A DNA stretch of 33,901 nt from Pseudomonadota bacterium. GTDB taxonomy: Bacteria > Pseudomonadota > Gammaproteobacteria > Burkholderiales > JALYOK01. Shown piece after piece: positions 18,001 to 26,132 of this stretch (the first letter of the stretch is position 1; the number at the start of each line of letters is the position of its first letter). Below the pieces are notes generated by a model that was not told the DNA's origin, searched no databases, and worked only from the letters and a program-made list of their open reading frames with translations. The position numbers and the translations under genes are program-made. The stretch is from the NCBI GenBank assembly GCA_031371465.1, contig JANMJR010000348.1, positions 1 through 33,901 of the forward strand, read 5' to 3'.

Positions 18001-18347
18001 AAGTTTTTCTTAATCTCAGTGCGATCGAGATAATCTTGTGGGGCCTGAAGGCGCAGATCGCCCAGATCAGTGAGCAATTCGGCCACCGCGCCCGCCAACT
18101 CGGCGAGGGCCAGTGCCTGCTGGTCGGTTGAAGACTCGGGATCGGCCGCCAGCGTCGTCCAGTCGTTGAGTCGCGTGCCGACGCGGGCCATGTCTAGACC
18201 GGCCAAACCAATATCGTCGGCGCTCGACGGCAGATCCCAGCCCAGTTTGGCCAGCAGGATTCGCGGGCCACCAGCGATCTTGGCAATCGATCCGGCGGCG
18301 GTCAGTACCGCGGCGACCCCCGCCAGCAGTGTGCGTTCAACGCTCAC
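15063..18347 (-). CDS. DUF6603-like 1094-aa beta-rich protein
   Basis: Helical N-terminal region, then a long Gly-rich run of amphipathic beta strands (GFGFTLTGIGGLLGVNR, LAWGTP, GDMALRANWG, LAVGGLHPRF, GSLAGPTPWHVQGKA), ending with HPLAQLTVRQRVLPL. The DUF6603 label is from memory. The GTG start overlaps the PLD stop (GTGA). Confidence 0.78.
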   Translation of the reverse strand: MSVERTLLAGVAAVLTAAGSIAKIAGGPRILLAKLGWDLPSSADDIGLAGLDMARVGTRLNDWTTLAADPESSTDQQALALAELAGAVAELLTDLGDLRLQAPQDYLDRTEIKKNFLSRLFDLYLIQAAAVASRPVFDIAALIGWFELRRYDADPATFQVVHLRHIVHWDRLPMLLSDPIGLLRETYGWGTTAFDADTLVTRLGGVLQHLATEVTRRELPAIPLARLHGGTPLAHQRQIQLLLPLIGSNGPLTAEAGISVFGLPASAPGVADGGIGFAPYASGTANLRIPLSSTLSIGMSASGDLGSGLALLLRPGSTPLLRTGLNEPQAGTGASGAEVKLDLTLAAPEGAESITLLTAGSTKIEATSVAATLNVQVSGEETDATLRLEIQGGRLTVKPELSFIEVDSLVAQADVDLSWSHRHGVRLGGRAELSTSIAIGRRIGPVTIDVLGVGLSTSDGGLALTTSVNATVALGPVLLIVEQIGIRTAVSPGHGNLGSAELTLRPALPIGIGIVIDAPGVVGGGFVRFDPQRAEYSGILQLEIAETIAVKAVGLLSTRMPDGSKGYSLLILISAEGFAPIQLGFGFTLTGIGGLLGVNRSVMVEVLRAGLKTGTLGSLLFPDDPIRNAPQIISDLRAVFPPLNRRYVFGPMLQLAWGTPTLLTLELAVVLELPDPVRLVILGRLQALLPDAQRALVQVRMDAIGVIDFNRRDVALDATLYDSRILQFALTGDMALRANWGAKPNFVLAVGGLHPRFAAPAGLPRLARLALSLSDGETLQLRCEAYLALTSNTVQFGARLDLHAAGGGFSFDGALGFDALFQLAPLSFVVEVGAALALRYHGHLLVGIHFEGSLAGPTPWHVQGKATIKVFFFKVSVHFDRQFGQREPPPLPAPIDALGLLMEALRDQRNWSATLARAEPPVVSIRATPSTATSFRVHPLAQLTVRQRVLPLNRPITKIGNAQLASGPTTFTLKAAGIGATPMPISTTPVSEPFALAQYQELSDDEKLAQPAFATQGAGLQFGMDELAYAYEAALDRSIDYETLLIDPTRPAEPEPQPYVLPLPVLDAVVSLGAAGQAAFRRRNTARYRQTEAA

Positions 18348-20488
18348 TGCTCAATGTCCTCACGCTCAGGAAACTTGCTCCATTTTCCGGTGAAGAAATC
18401 GAATCCGCGCGTGCCCGAAATCGGTCTTACTACGGCTTCGCTCGGCTTGAGGTGCACCCCGAGAGCGGCAAGGTGTTTGCGAGGCGTGTCGAGCCACCCG
18501 CCGTCTTCCTTCGGATATTCCAAGACGAAGCCAGGAAGGGGAGCTGGGTTTGCCGCCACAACATGTTCGAGCGCGCGCTTCGCCATGGGTCGCCAAAGTT
18601 GTGCCAGCCATTTGTGCTCCGGGCCGCGGTTGAGCGCCTCATCATCCGGGTTGGGAATCCCTTCCTTGACTAAGCCAAGATGTTCCGCGAACAGCCGTCG
18701 CCGCATACGCTCCGCGAATGGCGTAACCGTCCCGGGGGTCGGCGGAAGGAGGTTAACGTTGAGTTCCGAGGCAGTCGTTTCGCCGAAGACCAACGGGCTC
18801 AACAGCAAGTTGTGGTCGAGTGACAGCCCGTCGAGGTTCGCTGATCCAACCGTCGCCCATGAGTCGTCTATCACCGCGCCTTTAGCGTGGATATAGACCG
18901 GCGCGGCCCATGGACGAGGGTGGTTTTCGGCATAACTCCAACGCGTGAACACGCCGACACGATCGCCGCCCGCGCCGCGCAGTTGCTCGATGCGCCAAGC
19001 CTGCCGCCGGGGATAGAAAAGCACGTCCGGCTTGATCGGCACCACGAGAATCAACTCGATATTCTTATTTTTCTTCAAGACCTCGACGAGCGCATCGGTG
19101 ATGACCGAATCGGTAAAGTATTGAGTCTCGAGGTAGATGTAGTGCCGTGCGGCAGCGAAGGCGCGCAAGTAGCCTTCTAGGATCCCCTTCTCGCTCTTGC
19201 CGGCCAGTTCAGAGAAGCGTTTCCCGCTGAGAGTACGCACCACTTGCGCCTTGGTGACGGCGTCTTCGCCGCCCGACTCGGGTCCGGGAGTGGGCGCTAT
19301 AGGCAGCTTTTCCGGCAAGCCCACATCCTCATTCCAGTACAACCGAAATGAGTCGTACAGGTCGCGCACCGCTGGCCCGACAACCGCGAGACTGAGGTCG
19401 TGCACCATGTCGGAAGTGTTGGTTCCCCGATGCGGGTCGTCAATGCGGTGACCGAAAAAGTCGAAGTAACGCTGTGAGAACGGCGATCCGATTACTACCG
19501 CTCGCTTGTCATCCGTAATCACCATCTTGCAGTGCTGTACGCCGTGGTCCGGCGCTGGCTGGTTAAAGCCGCGAACCGTGACCCTGGGGGTGGCCGGCGC
19601 CGCGGCAGCGATTGCTCGCCCGAAGTATCGTTTCGCCTCGTCAACATCCGTTGTGTCCTCAAGCTTCACCTTGATGAAGACGAACTCGGCAAAGAATGCC
19701 ACCACGGTCAAGGCCAACACGATCGGAAAGAACGGGATGCCAATACCCAAGAGCGCGCCCACGCCGCCAACCCCCAACCCCGCCGCCAGCGGCGTGAGAA
19801 CGCCGAGCCAGAACACGCCTTCCGGCCAGCCGAGGCCCGGTTCATTCAGCAAGATTCTGATCGTGCAATCGGCCCGTGCCTGGTCAATAAGCAAGCGCTC
19901 CGGTCGATCGTCGTTAATCCGTGGCGGCGCGTCAGCGTCCTGCGGATTGCGCGGCTCCAGTGGGGGATTGAAAAACTTGAACACCAGAGCAGGTTTTTCG
20001 TCCTTGGCTTGCGCATTGAAGTCCGGTGGTAGAGCGAAGAAAAGTTGAGTGATGTTCACCGAGTGCTTCGCCGCTCGGATATCGTCGGCGACGCGACCGA
20101 ATGCCTCGTTGCCATCGACGAGTAGTTTGACGGCGTTGCCGTCACTGGCGAACTTCGCCGTTCCAGTGAGATGCGTGACGAGTAGGCCGTCCAGATCAGC
20201 GCTTGGAATCGTGATGTCGCCAAGATTGTGGGTGGCAACCGCACCATCAAGCTCACGCTCTGACATCACCGGACGCTTGGTGATGTCAAGCACGCGGATT
20301 TTAAATGAGCGCGGCTGATCGTCCACGCCCAGTATCTCTGGGACCTTGAGCGTGAACCCACCCGCTGTTTTTACCTCGAACTTAGCGAGCTGCTCAGTGG
20401 TGAGCAGCCAATCACCGCGCGCCTCGACAGTAAGCCCAAGCCGCTCATCGCCAGCCTCATCGATGATGCGTCCAGTCACGACAATCAT
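18344..20488 (-). CDS. Phospholipase D family protein (two HKD motifs) with internal hydrophobic hairpin, 714 aa
   Basis: HCKMVITD and HAKGAVID...GSANLD motifs. YIYLETQYF matches the IYIENQ[F/Y]F motif of lipid PLDs, and VHDLSLAVVGPAV is also present. Start moved to ATG 20488 because of a GGAG RBS; the track start at 20560 is a TTG without one. Confidence 0.9.
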   Translation of the reverse strand: MIVVTGRIIDEAGDERLGLTVEARGDWLLTTEQLAKFEVKTAGGFTLKVPEILGVDDQPRSFKIRVLDITKRPVMSERELDGAVATHNLGDITIPSADLDGLLVTHLTGTAKFASDGNAVKLLVDGNEAFGRVADDIRAAKHSVNITQLFFALPPDFNAQAKDEKPALVFKFFNPPLEPRNPQDADAPPRINDDRPERLLIDQARADCTIRILLNEPGLGWPEGVFWLGVLTPLAAGLGVGGVGALLGIGIPFFPIVLALTVVAFFAEFVFIKVKLEDTTDVDEAKRYFGRAIAAAAPATPRVTVRGFNQPAPDHGVQHCKMVITDDKRAVVIGSPFSQRYFDFFGHRIDDPHRGTNTSDMVHDLSLAVVGPAVRDLYDSFRLYWNEDVGLPEKLPIAPTPGPESGGEDAVTKAQVVRTLSGKRFSELAGKSEKGILEGYLRAFAAARHYIYLETQYFTDSVITDALVEVLKKNKNIELILVVPIKPDVLFYPRRQAWRIEQLRGAGGDRVGVFTRWSYAENHPRPWAAPVYIHAKGAVIDDSWATVGSANLDGLSLDHNLLLSPLVFGETTASELNVNLLPPTPGTVTPFAERMRRRLFAEHLGLVKEGIPNPDDEALNRGPEHKWLAQLWRPMAKRALEHVVAANPAPLPGFVLEYPKEDGGWLDTPRKHLAALGVHLKPSEAVVRPISGTRGFDFFTGKWSKFPEREDIEQ

Positions 20489-20531
20489 TGAGAAATCTCC
20501 CGCAGAGCATATTCCAGAGCCTGACGAAATT

Positions 20532-20560
20532 AATTTGCGCCAACTACGCTTGCATGTCAA
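20532..20560 (-). promoter_or_regulatory. Possible sigma70 promoter of the six-gene operon
   Basis: Perfect TTGACA (20560-20555), 17-nt spacer, weak -10 (CAAATT), about 45 nt upstream of the PLD ATG. Confidence 0.3.
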
Positions 20561-21267
20561 TACTAAGCGGAGGAAGCGAAGGGCAATGCGTGGTCACCCG
20601 TATTCCCGACAACGGCTACACGAGCTTCAGCGTTAATCATCGCCGCGATTTGTTGAACTCGTTCAAACCACGCCACGCTTCGGCCAAGCGCGGTGCACGG
20701 GTTGTAACCTTGTTAACGGCTCGAGGTTGCGCCCTCCGGCCGAAGCTCGTGTCGTTAAGGACAGCTTGCGCTAGCGTGAGCGATCCGTTCCCCAAGTCAC
20801 TAGTTCTTACCGAAGTTATATGCAATATCTAAGATCCGGGCGTTATCGCAGTAGATCGATTGAAGGGGTTGCGTCAGCGCGGCGCCAATTTGCACGAACG
20901 TCGAATGTCGGGAGTCCGCTGGTAAGCGTGAATTTGAGTTTAACCGATCGTTGTTCGCCCCAGCGGTCGGCCCGTGGCCGGAGGCTGAACGTCCTAGCGG
21001 CGGGATTGGGAAATCTTCGTTGGTCGCCGCCAAGCCGACCTTCGCCAATGGCCGATTCAAATTTTTCTGAACGGCAAGTTTCGGGGCAGCGAGAAAAATT
21101 CGCTTGTCAATTTCAATGACGGTAAACAGCGGAAATTGTGAATTCGGATAGCGGGCATCGAAGGAACACTTTTGGCCGGTCGCCGCCCATGTTTTCTAAT
21201 GCTGCCTGTAAGATCGGGCCGCGACTTCTATATTTAAGATAGTCCGGAAGCAAAAATCCAACGTTGT

Positions 21268-22773
21268 TCAGCCGGACGCCGATCGGTCCAGCCTACGGTA
21301 TTGAATGGCTTCGCCGATATGGGCACTGGTGATGTTGTCTTTTCCCGCAAGATCGGCGATGGTGCGCGCTAATTTCAAAATGCGATGATAGGCTCGCGCC
21401 GATAAACTTAAGCGCGAAATCGCCTGCTTCAGCAAATTTTCTCCGGCCTCGTCGGGCTTGCACAGCCGATCGATTTCTTTCGTCGCCAGCCGTGAATTAG
21501 GTTTGCCTTGCCGCGTCAACTGGCGCTGGTAGGCGATTTCCACGCGCGCTTGTACCGCGCTAGAGGATTCGCCGTCCGCTTGTTTCGTCAATTCGCTTTC
21601 GCTCAAGGCCGGCACTTCAATTTGTATGTCGATGCGATCGAGCAACGGCCCGGAAATTTTGCCACGGTAGCGCGCCACTTGGTCCGGCGTACAGCGGCAT
21701 TTGCCGTTAGGATGGCCGAGGTAGCCGCAGGGGCATGGATTCATCGCCGCGACCAATTGAAACTGCGCCGGAAAGTCCGCCTGCCTTGCTGCACGAGAAA
21801 TCGTGATGCGGCCGGACTCCAGCGGTTCGCGCAAGACTTCTAACACTCTTCGTTCGAATTCCGGCAGCTCATCGAGAAACAAAACGCCGTGATGCGCGAG
21901 GGAAATTTCCCCGGGTTTTGGGTTGCCGCCACCGCCGACTAACGCCACGCTTGAGGCGGTGTGATGCGGTGAGCGAATCACGCGGCGGCGCCAATTCTCC
22001 AGCCTGAAACCGCCGCTGCCGAGGGACTGAATCGCGGCCGATTCCAGTGCTTCGTCCAACGTCATGCTCGGCAACAGCCCTGGAAAGCGATGGGCGAGCA
22101 TGGATTTTCCCGTGCCCGGCGGGCCCACCATAAGCACGCTGTGAACGCCCGCCGCAGCGATTTCTAACGCGCGTTTTGCCTGCGTTTGACCCTTGACCTC
22201 GCCAAAATCAAGGTAGGAAGCGGCTTGCGGCGATGGCTGCTCACAAAACCGCGCTAGTATTGCCCGTCCGGTAAGGTGCCCACAGACGTCCAGCAGGGAT
22301 TTTGCCGGATAGACGATCGCGTTTTCTACCAGCGCCGCTTCCTTGGCGGATTCGAGGGGTAAGACAAACGCCCGTCCGGATTTAACCGCTTTAAAGGTCA
22401 TTGCCAGCGCCCCGCGGATCGGCCGCAGCTCTCCGGTGAGCGCTAACTCACCGGCAAACTCATATTCAGAAAGCTTGTCGCTGGGAATCTGGCCGGTGGC
22501 TGCAAGAATCCCCAGTGCGATCGGCAGATCGAAACGGCCACTTTCTTTTGGCAGATCCGCCGGCGCTAAATTGACCGTGATGCGCCGTGCCGGAAACTCG
22601 AACCGCGCATTTTGCAACGCCGCGCGAACCCGATCTTTGCTTTCCTTAACTTCCATTTCCGGCAAGCCGACGATGGTGAAATTGGGTAAACCACCGGAAA
22701 GATGAACCTCCACTGTTACCTGTGGCGCGTCCATGCCGGCCAAAGCGCGGCTGTAGAGAACGGCTAGGGACAT
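21268..22773 (-). CDS. comM: YifB/ComM Mg-chelatase-like AAA+ ATPase
   Basis: ITVNLAPADLPKESGRFDLPIA, Walker A GPPGTGKS, LFLDELPEF, MNPCPCG and LSARAYHRILKLARTIADL. Full length and uninterrupted. Confidence 0.96.
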   Translation of the reverse strand: MSLAVLYSRALAGMDAPQVTVEVHLSGGLPNFTIVGLPEMEVKESKDRVRAALQNARFEFPARRITVNLAPADLPKESGRFDLPIALGILAATGQIPSDKLSEYEFAGELALTGELRPIRGALAMTFKAVKSGRAFVLPLESAKEAALVENAIVYPAKSLLDVCGHLTGRAILARFCEQPSPQAASYLDFGEVKGQTQAKRALEIAAAGVHSVLMVGPPGTGKSMLAHRFPGLLPSMTLDEALESAAIQSLGSGGFRLENWRRRVIRSPHHTASSVALVGGGGNPKPGEISLAHHGVLFLDELPEFERRVLEVLREPLESGRITISRAARQADFPAQFQLVAAMNPCPCGYLGHPNGKCRCTPDQVARYRGKISGPLLDRIDIQIEVPALSESELTKQADGESSSAVQARVEIAYQRQLTRQGKPNSRLATKEIDRLCKPDEAGENLLKQAISRLSLSARAYHRILKLARTIADLAGKDNITSAHIGEAIQYRRLDRSASG

Positions 22774-22847
22774 ATACTAATAACGTGAAAGGACGGGGTG
22801 GCCTAGGGCCATGAGGGATGAATGATGAGTCAGCTAGATGCTCGGGG

Positions 22848-23081
22848 CTAGGGCTGTTTTTTTAGCGCTGCGAGTTTGGCTTCAAGTTCCGTAAGTTTTT
22901 CCCTCGTGCGCTTTAACACTTCGGTCTGTACATCGAATTCTTCCCGTGTCACCAAATCCAGTTTCGCGAACATGGACGACAGCATCGCCCGCGAATTTTT
23001 CTCGAAATCCTTTAACGGACTCTGCGCCGCGAGCTCGGAAAGTTTCGCGGTGATTTCTTCGATGAACTTGCTTTGCATCAT
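22848..23081 (-). CDS. ubiK: Ubiquinone biosynthesis accessory factor UbiK (YqiC/BMFP)
   Basis: KLDLVTREEFDVQTEVLKRTREKL signature, in its usual position upstream of comM. Confidence 0.93.
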   Translation of the reverse strand: MMQSKFIEEITAKLSELAAQSPLKDFEKNSRAMLSSMFAKLDLVTREEFDVQTEVLKRTREKLTELEAKLAALKKQP

Positions 23082-23184
23082 ATCGGCTGACCTCTTATCG
23101 CGGCGGCGTAAAACCCATGGCGGAAGTCTAGCAGGTTATGACACACCCGCAGCCGCACCGCTTGCAATGGTGCGGCCGGATAGG

Positions 23185-26022
23185 CTATTTCTCGGCGCGG
23201 ATGATCGGGTTCGCGGCGCTGCCACTCAGATATAGCGTTTCTTGCATTCGCCTTGGACTGATGATCAACGTGGCACTCAGGCGCCCGCTCAACTCTTTGG
23301 TCGGGGAAACATGTGCTTGGCCGCTTGCGCTGAGCGCGCCTCCCGCCAAGCGCATGTTACGCAATTCATGGCTGCCGGCGCTCGACTGAAACACGCCAAC
23401 CAGGGTTTTAAACGGCGTCATGCCGCCGAAGACATCTTTCGGGCTCTCCGCGATGGCGCGCGCCATATCGATACCCGAAAGCTTGCCGCTTTGCAGCGAA
23501 AACTTGCCGCCGACTTTCAAGCGGCTCTGCAGATTCACCGAATCGTCGGCCGCCGCATCAAAGCGACCGTTTAGATCCAACTTACCCTGGGATACCACTG
23601 GCACGTCGGGGAAGCGATCAATGTTCAGGCCATCGGCTTTGAACGTTCCGTTGAGTCGCCAACGATCGCCCCAGCGCAACGCGCCCTGACCCTCAATGCG
23701 TCCGCCGTATGCGCGGCCATTGAAATTGGCGATAACGAATTCGTTGTATTTCAATTGCCCCGCCGCATTGAGGCTTTCCAGGGTGATATCGGTTCCAGGC
23801 AGCCGCCAAGTCGGCGCGGATAATGTCAGTTCAAAATGGGAATCTTGTGGCTTGAGTTCCACCTTCATTGGGCCGTTTTTTGCGGTAAATACGACTTTGC
23901 GTAACCCGCCCTCCGGCAACAATTCGAGCGCCGAAGCCACGGCATTCAACCCTAAGCCGTTGGGCGGGACGTTCATGTCGGGAATGACAATCTGGCGCAC
24001 GGGCAGCGTCAGTCGGGTGCGCGTCGCGAGCAATAATTCAAAAATGCGTCCGTAGGATTCCGGGGTAAAGCTCAGCGCCGCTAACTCCGCCGCCCGAAAA
24101 GACTTTGTACCACTTAGCCAGGCGCCCGTATCCGGTGTGGCGTTGATCGCGCCAATGCGAATAATCGCCGGTTCGCCGATGGTTATATTTTCAAACCGCA
24201 CCAATGGCGTGGGGAACAGCTCCACGCTCGCCGCGGCGACGCTAACTGGCACGCCAAGACTTTCCATGAGCGTACGTTCAGCTTCTTGGCGCAGTTGCGT
24301 TTGCGGAAACAGCCGCAGTGCGCCAAGCGCGATGAGCACGAGCAGCAAGGAAGCGGCGACGATTTTACCCCACGGGATTTCCGCCCGACGCCGGTGCACG
24401 CGAATCGGACTAATATCATCAATTTTAGTGGCCCAACTCGACGACTTTAGCGCCCGTTGCGCGGGCGAAAATCCGCTCGGCTGAACGGCTTCGCTCTTGT
24501 GTTGCGCTATCGGGGCAGGCGTGTCCTCGAAATCCTGATTCGCAAACGGTTCGCGTTCCTCCAGGGTGGGGAGCTCGACGGGGATAGGTGATCGCGATTC
24601 GCTTAACGTCGCTATTTCGTCCGCTTCCGTCGGCAAATCCACCAGCCCATACTGAACATAGGCGGCATGGGCCATCGATTCTTTGCCCCTTGCTTGAATC
24701 GCGTGTTCGATGCGTGCTTCTTGCTCGGAGATGGATTCGGCTTCGGCTCGCGCGGTTTCGTCGGCCCTCATTCGCGCTTGATATTCCACTTCAGCTTGGG
24801 CCACGATTCGCGCCTCTTCCTCGGCCCGCTGGCGCTCTTCATCTTTGGCCCGCGCCTCGGCTTCGGCTTTCAACCGCATTACTTCCGCGTGCGCATTTGT
24901 TTCCGCGTCCAAGCGAGCTTGGTGCTCCTCTTGCGCTTTCAGCCGCGCCTGATAGTCCGCTTCCGCGGCCGCTTTTTCTTCACGCGCGCGGGCTTCGGCT
25001 TCCGCCGCCAGCCGCTTGAGTTCTTCGTCCTTCGCTTGCGCCGCAGCCTCGGCTTTGAGTCGCGCTTGATGATCTGCCGCCGCTCGGGCTTCGGCGTCAA
25101 CTTTTAAACGCGCTGCCTCATCCGCGCGCCGAAGCATTTCGTCTTCGCGCGCCTTGGCTTGCGCCGCGGCTTTCAAACGCGATTCTTCTTCGGCACGATG
25201 GTGTGCCTGCGCCTCGGTCTTCAACTTGGCTTCAGTTGCCACCAGCGCGCGCGCTTCTTGCTCTAGCGCGAGCCGCTTGCGTTCGGCTTCGTTCGCCTTG
25301 GCTTCTGCTTGGGCGCGCAACTTTGCCTCATCCTCCGCCCTGGCTTTTACGACGGCTAGTTCTTTGGCGTTAGCGGCTGCGGCCAAGAATTCCGTTTCGC
25401 GCGCCGCGGTTTTGGTTTGCGCTTCAGCTTTCAGTTTTGCATACCGCTCCGCACCCGGCTTGGTGGCCATTTCCGCTTTGCGCCGAGCAACTTCTTGTTC
25501 TTTTACCTGGGTCTCTGTGCTTGGTGTCGGCGCGGGTTTGCTTGCGCTGTTCGCGTCCGATTGCACCACGGGCACGGCTGGCGGCTCGCTGACCTTACTC
25601 GGCAATTCGGGCGCAGGCGGTGCGGCGGCGTCCGGCTTACCCTCTGCCAGGCCGTGCTGAACCTCGCGCATCATTTGCCCCAGGAAATCGGTCGCGGGCG
25701 ACAAATTTTGCTCCTGCGGTTCGAGTGGATTTCGGCTTTGCGCCTTCGATGCAGAATGGCGATTTCGATCGAGCGGCGCAGGCGGTGATGGCCCTAGATC
25801 CTTTCGCCCACTTAGTTTCACCATCCCATCTTCGAGAAGTATTTCCAGTGTGGTTTCCAACAAGGTGGGGCTAATGCCCGAAAGAGAAGATAATTCGCCC
25901 ACGCTAGAACTGCCATCGACCAAGCGGAGGATTTTTATTAGTCCAGCGGACAGCCGCGTACTGCCAGTCGATTCTAAGTCGCCTTTGGCTGTTCGCGCAA
26001 ACACCTGCGATGATGAAGTCAT
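23185..26022 (-). CDS. Membrane protein: N-terminal wHTH-like domain, TolA-like charged helical repeat, one TM helix, AsmA-like C-terminal region
   Basis: RTAKG...ILRLVDGSSSVGEL...LLEDGMV; Pro-rich linker; about 270 aa of A/E/K/R repeats; TM helix IVAASLLLVLIALGAL; then a beta-rich region (YGGRIEGQG, GKLSGIDMARAI, GGMTPF, LSASGQA). Start set at ATG 26022 (AAGGGG RBS). Confidence 0.78.
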   Translation of the reverse strand: MTSSSQVFARTAKGDLESTGSTRLSAGLIKILRLVDGSSSVGELSSLSGISPTLLETTLEILLEDGMVKLSGRKDLGPSPPAPLDRNRHSASKAQSRNPLEPQEQNLSPATDFLGQMMREVQHGLAEGKPDAAAPPAPELPSKVSEPPAVPVVQSDANSASKPAPTPSTETQVKEQEVARRKAEMATKPGAERYAKLKAEAQTKTAARETEFLAAAANAKELAVVKARAEDEAKLRAQAEAKANEAERKRLALEQEARALVATEAKLKTEAQAHHRAEEESRLKAAAQAKAREDEMLRRADEAARLKVDAEARAAADHQARLKAEAAAQAKDEELKRLAAEAEARAREEKAAAEADYQARLKAQEEHQARLDAETNAHAEVMRLKAEAEARAKDEERQRAEEEARIVAQAEVEYQARMRADETARAEAESISEQEARIEHAIQARGKESMAHAAYVQYGLVDLPTEADEIATLSESRSPIPVELPTLEEREPFANQDFEDTPAPIAQHKSEAVQPSGFSPAQRALKSSSWATKIDDISPIRVHRRRAEIPWGKIVAASLLLVLIALGALRLFPQTQLRQEAERTLMESLGVPVSVAAASVELFPTPLVRFENITIGEPAIIRIGAINATPDTGAWLSGTKSFRAAELAALSFTPESYGRIFELLLATRTRLTLPVRQIVIPDMNVPPNGLGLNAVASALELLPEGGLRKVVFTAKNGPMKVELKPQDSHFELTLSAPTWRLPGTDITLESLNAAGQLKYNEFVIANFNGRAYGGRIEGQGALRWGDRWRLNGTFKADGLNIDRFPDVPVVSQGKLDLNGRFDAAADDSVNLQSRLKVGGKFSLQSGKLSGIDMARAIAESPKDVFGGMTPFKTLVGVFQSSAGSHELRNMRLAGGALSASGQAHVSPTKELSGRLSATLIISPRRMQETLYLSGSAANPIIRAEK

Positions 26023-26132
26023 GCCGATCCCCTTGTCACACTTCTCTACGCCACCGTGCACGCATCTGCGACGACGTTACCAGAAAAATTGCAATAGCGA
26101 AACGGCGGCCGATGAACGGTCGTGATCCGAGG

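Noticed and set aside
4168-20488. Operon as prophage, T6SS, eCIS or Tc toxin locus
   Set aside because: No recognisable capsid, terminase, sheath, tube, VgrG, baseplate, RHS/YD or SpvB motifs. Remote structural homology cannot be excluded by eye.
18344-20488. PLD as a Nuc-type nuclease of a restriction or defence system
   Set aside because: Two HKD motifs, an IYIENQYF-like motif and a hydrophobic hairpin fit lipid PLDs, and no helicase or methylase lies nearby.
20830-21260. Short repeats (ggtcgccgcc twice; aatttttct/agaaaaatt) as recombination sites
   Set aside because: Too short and degenerate to support, and there is no recombinase in the window.
21268-22773. comM disrupted by an integrated element, with an att duplication
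   Set aside because: comM is full length, and I found no copy of its 3' end in 3250-4167.
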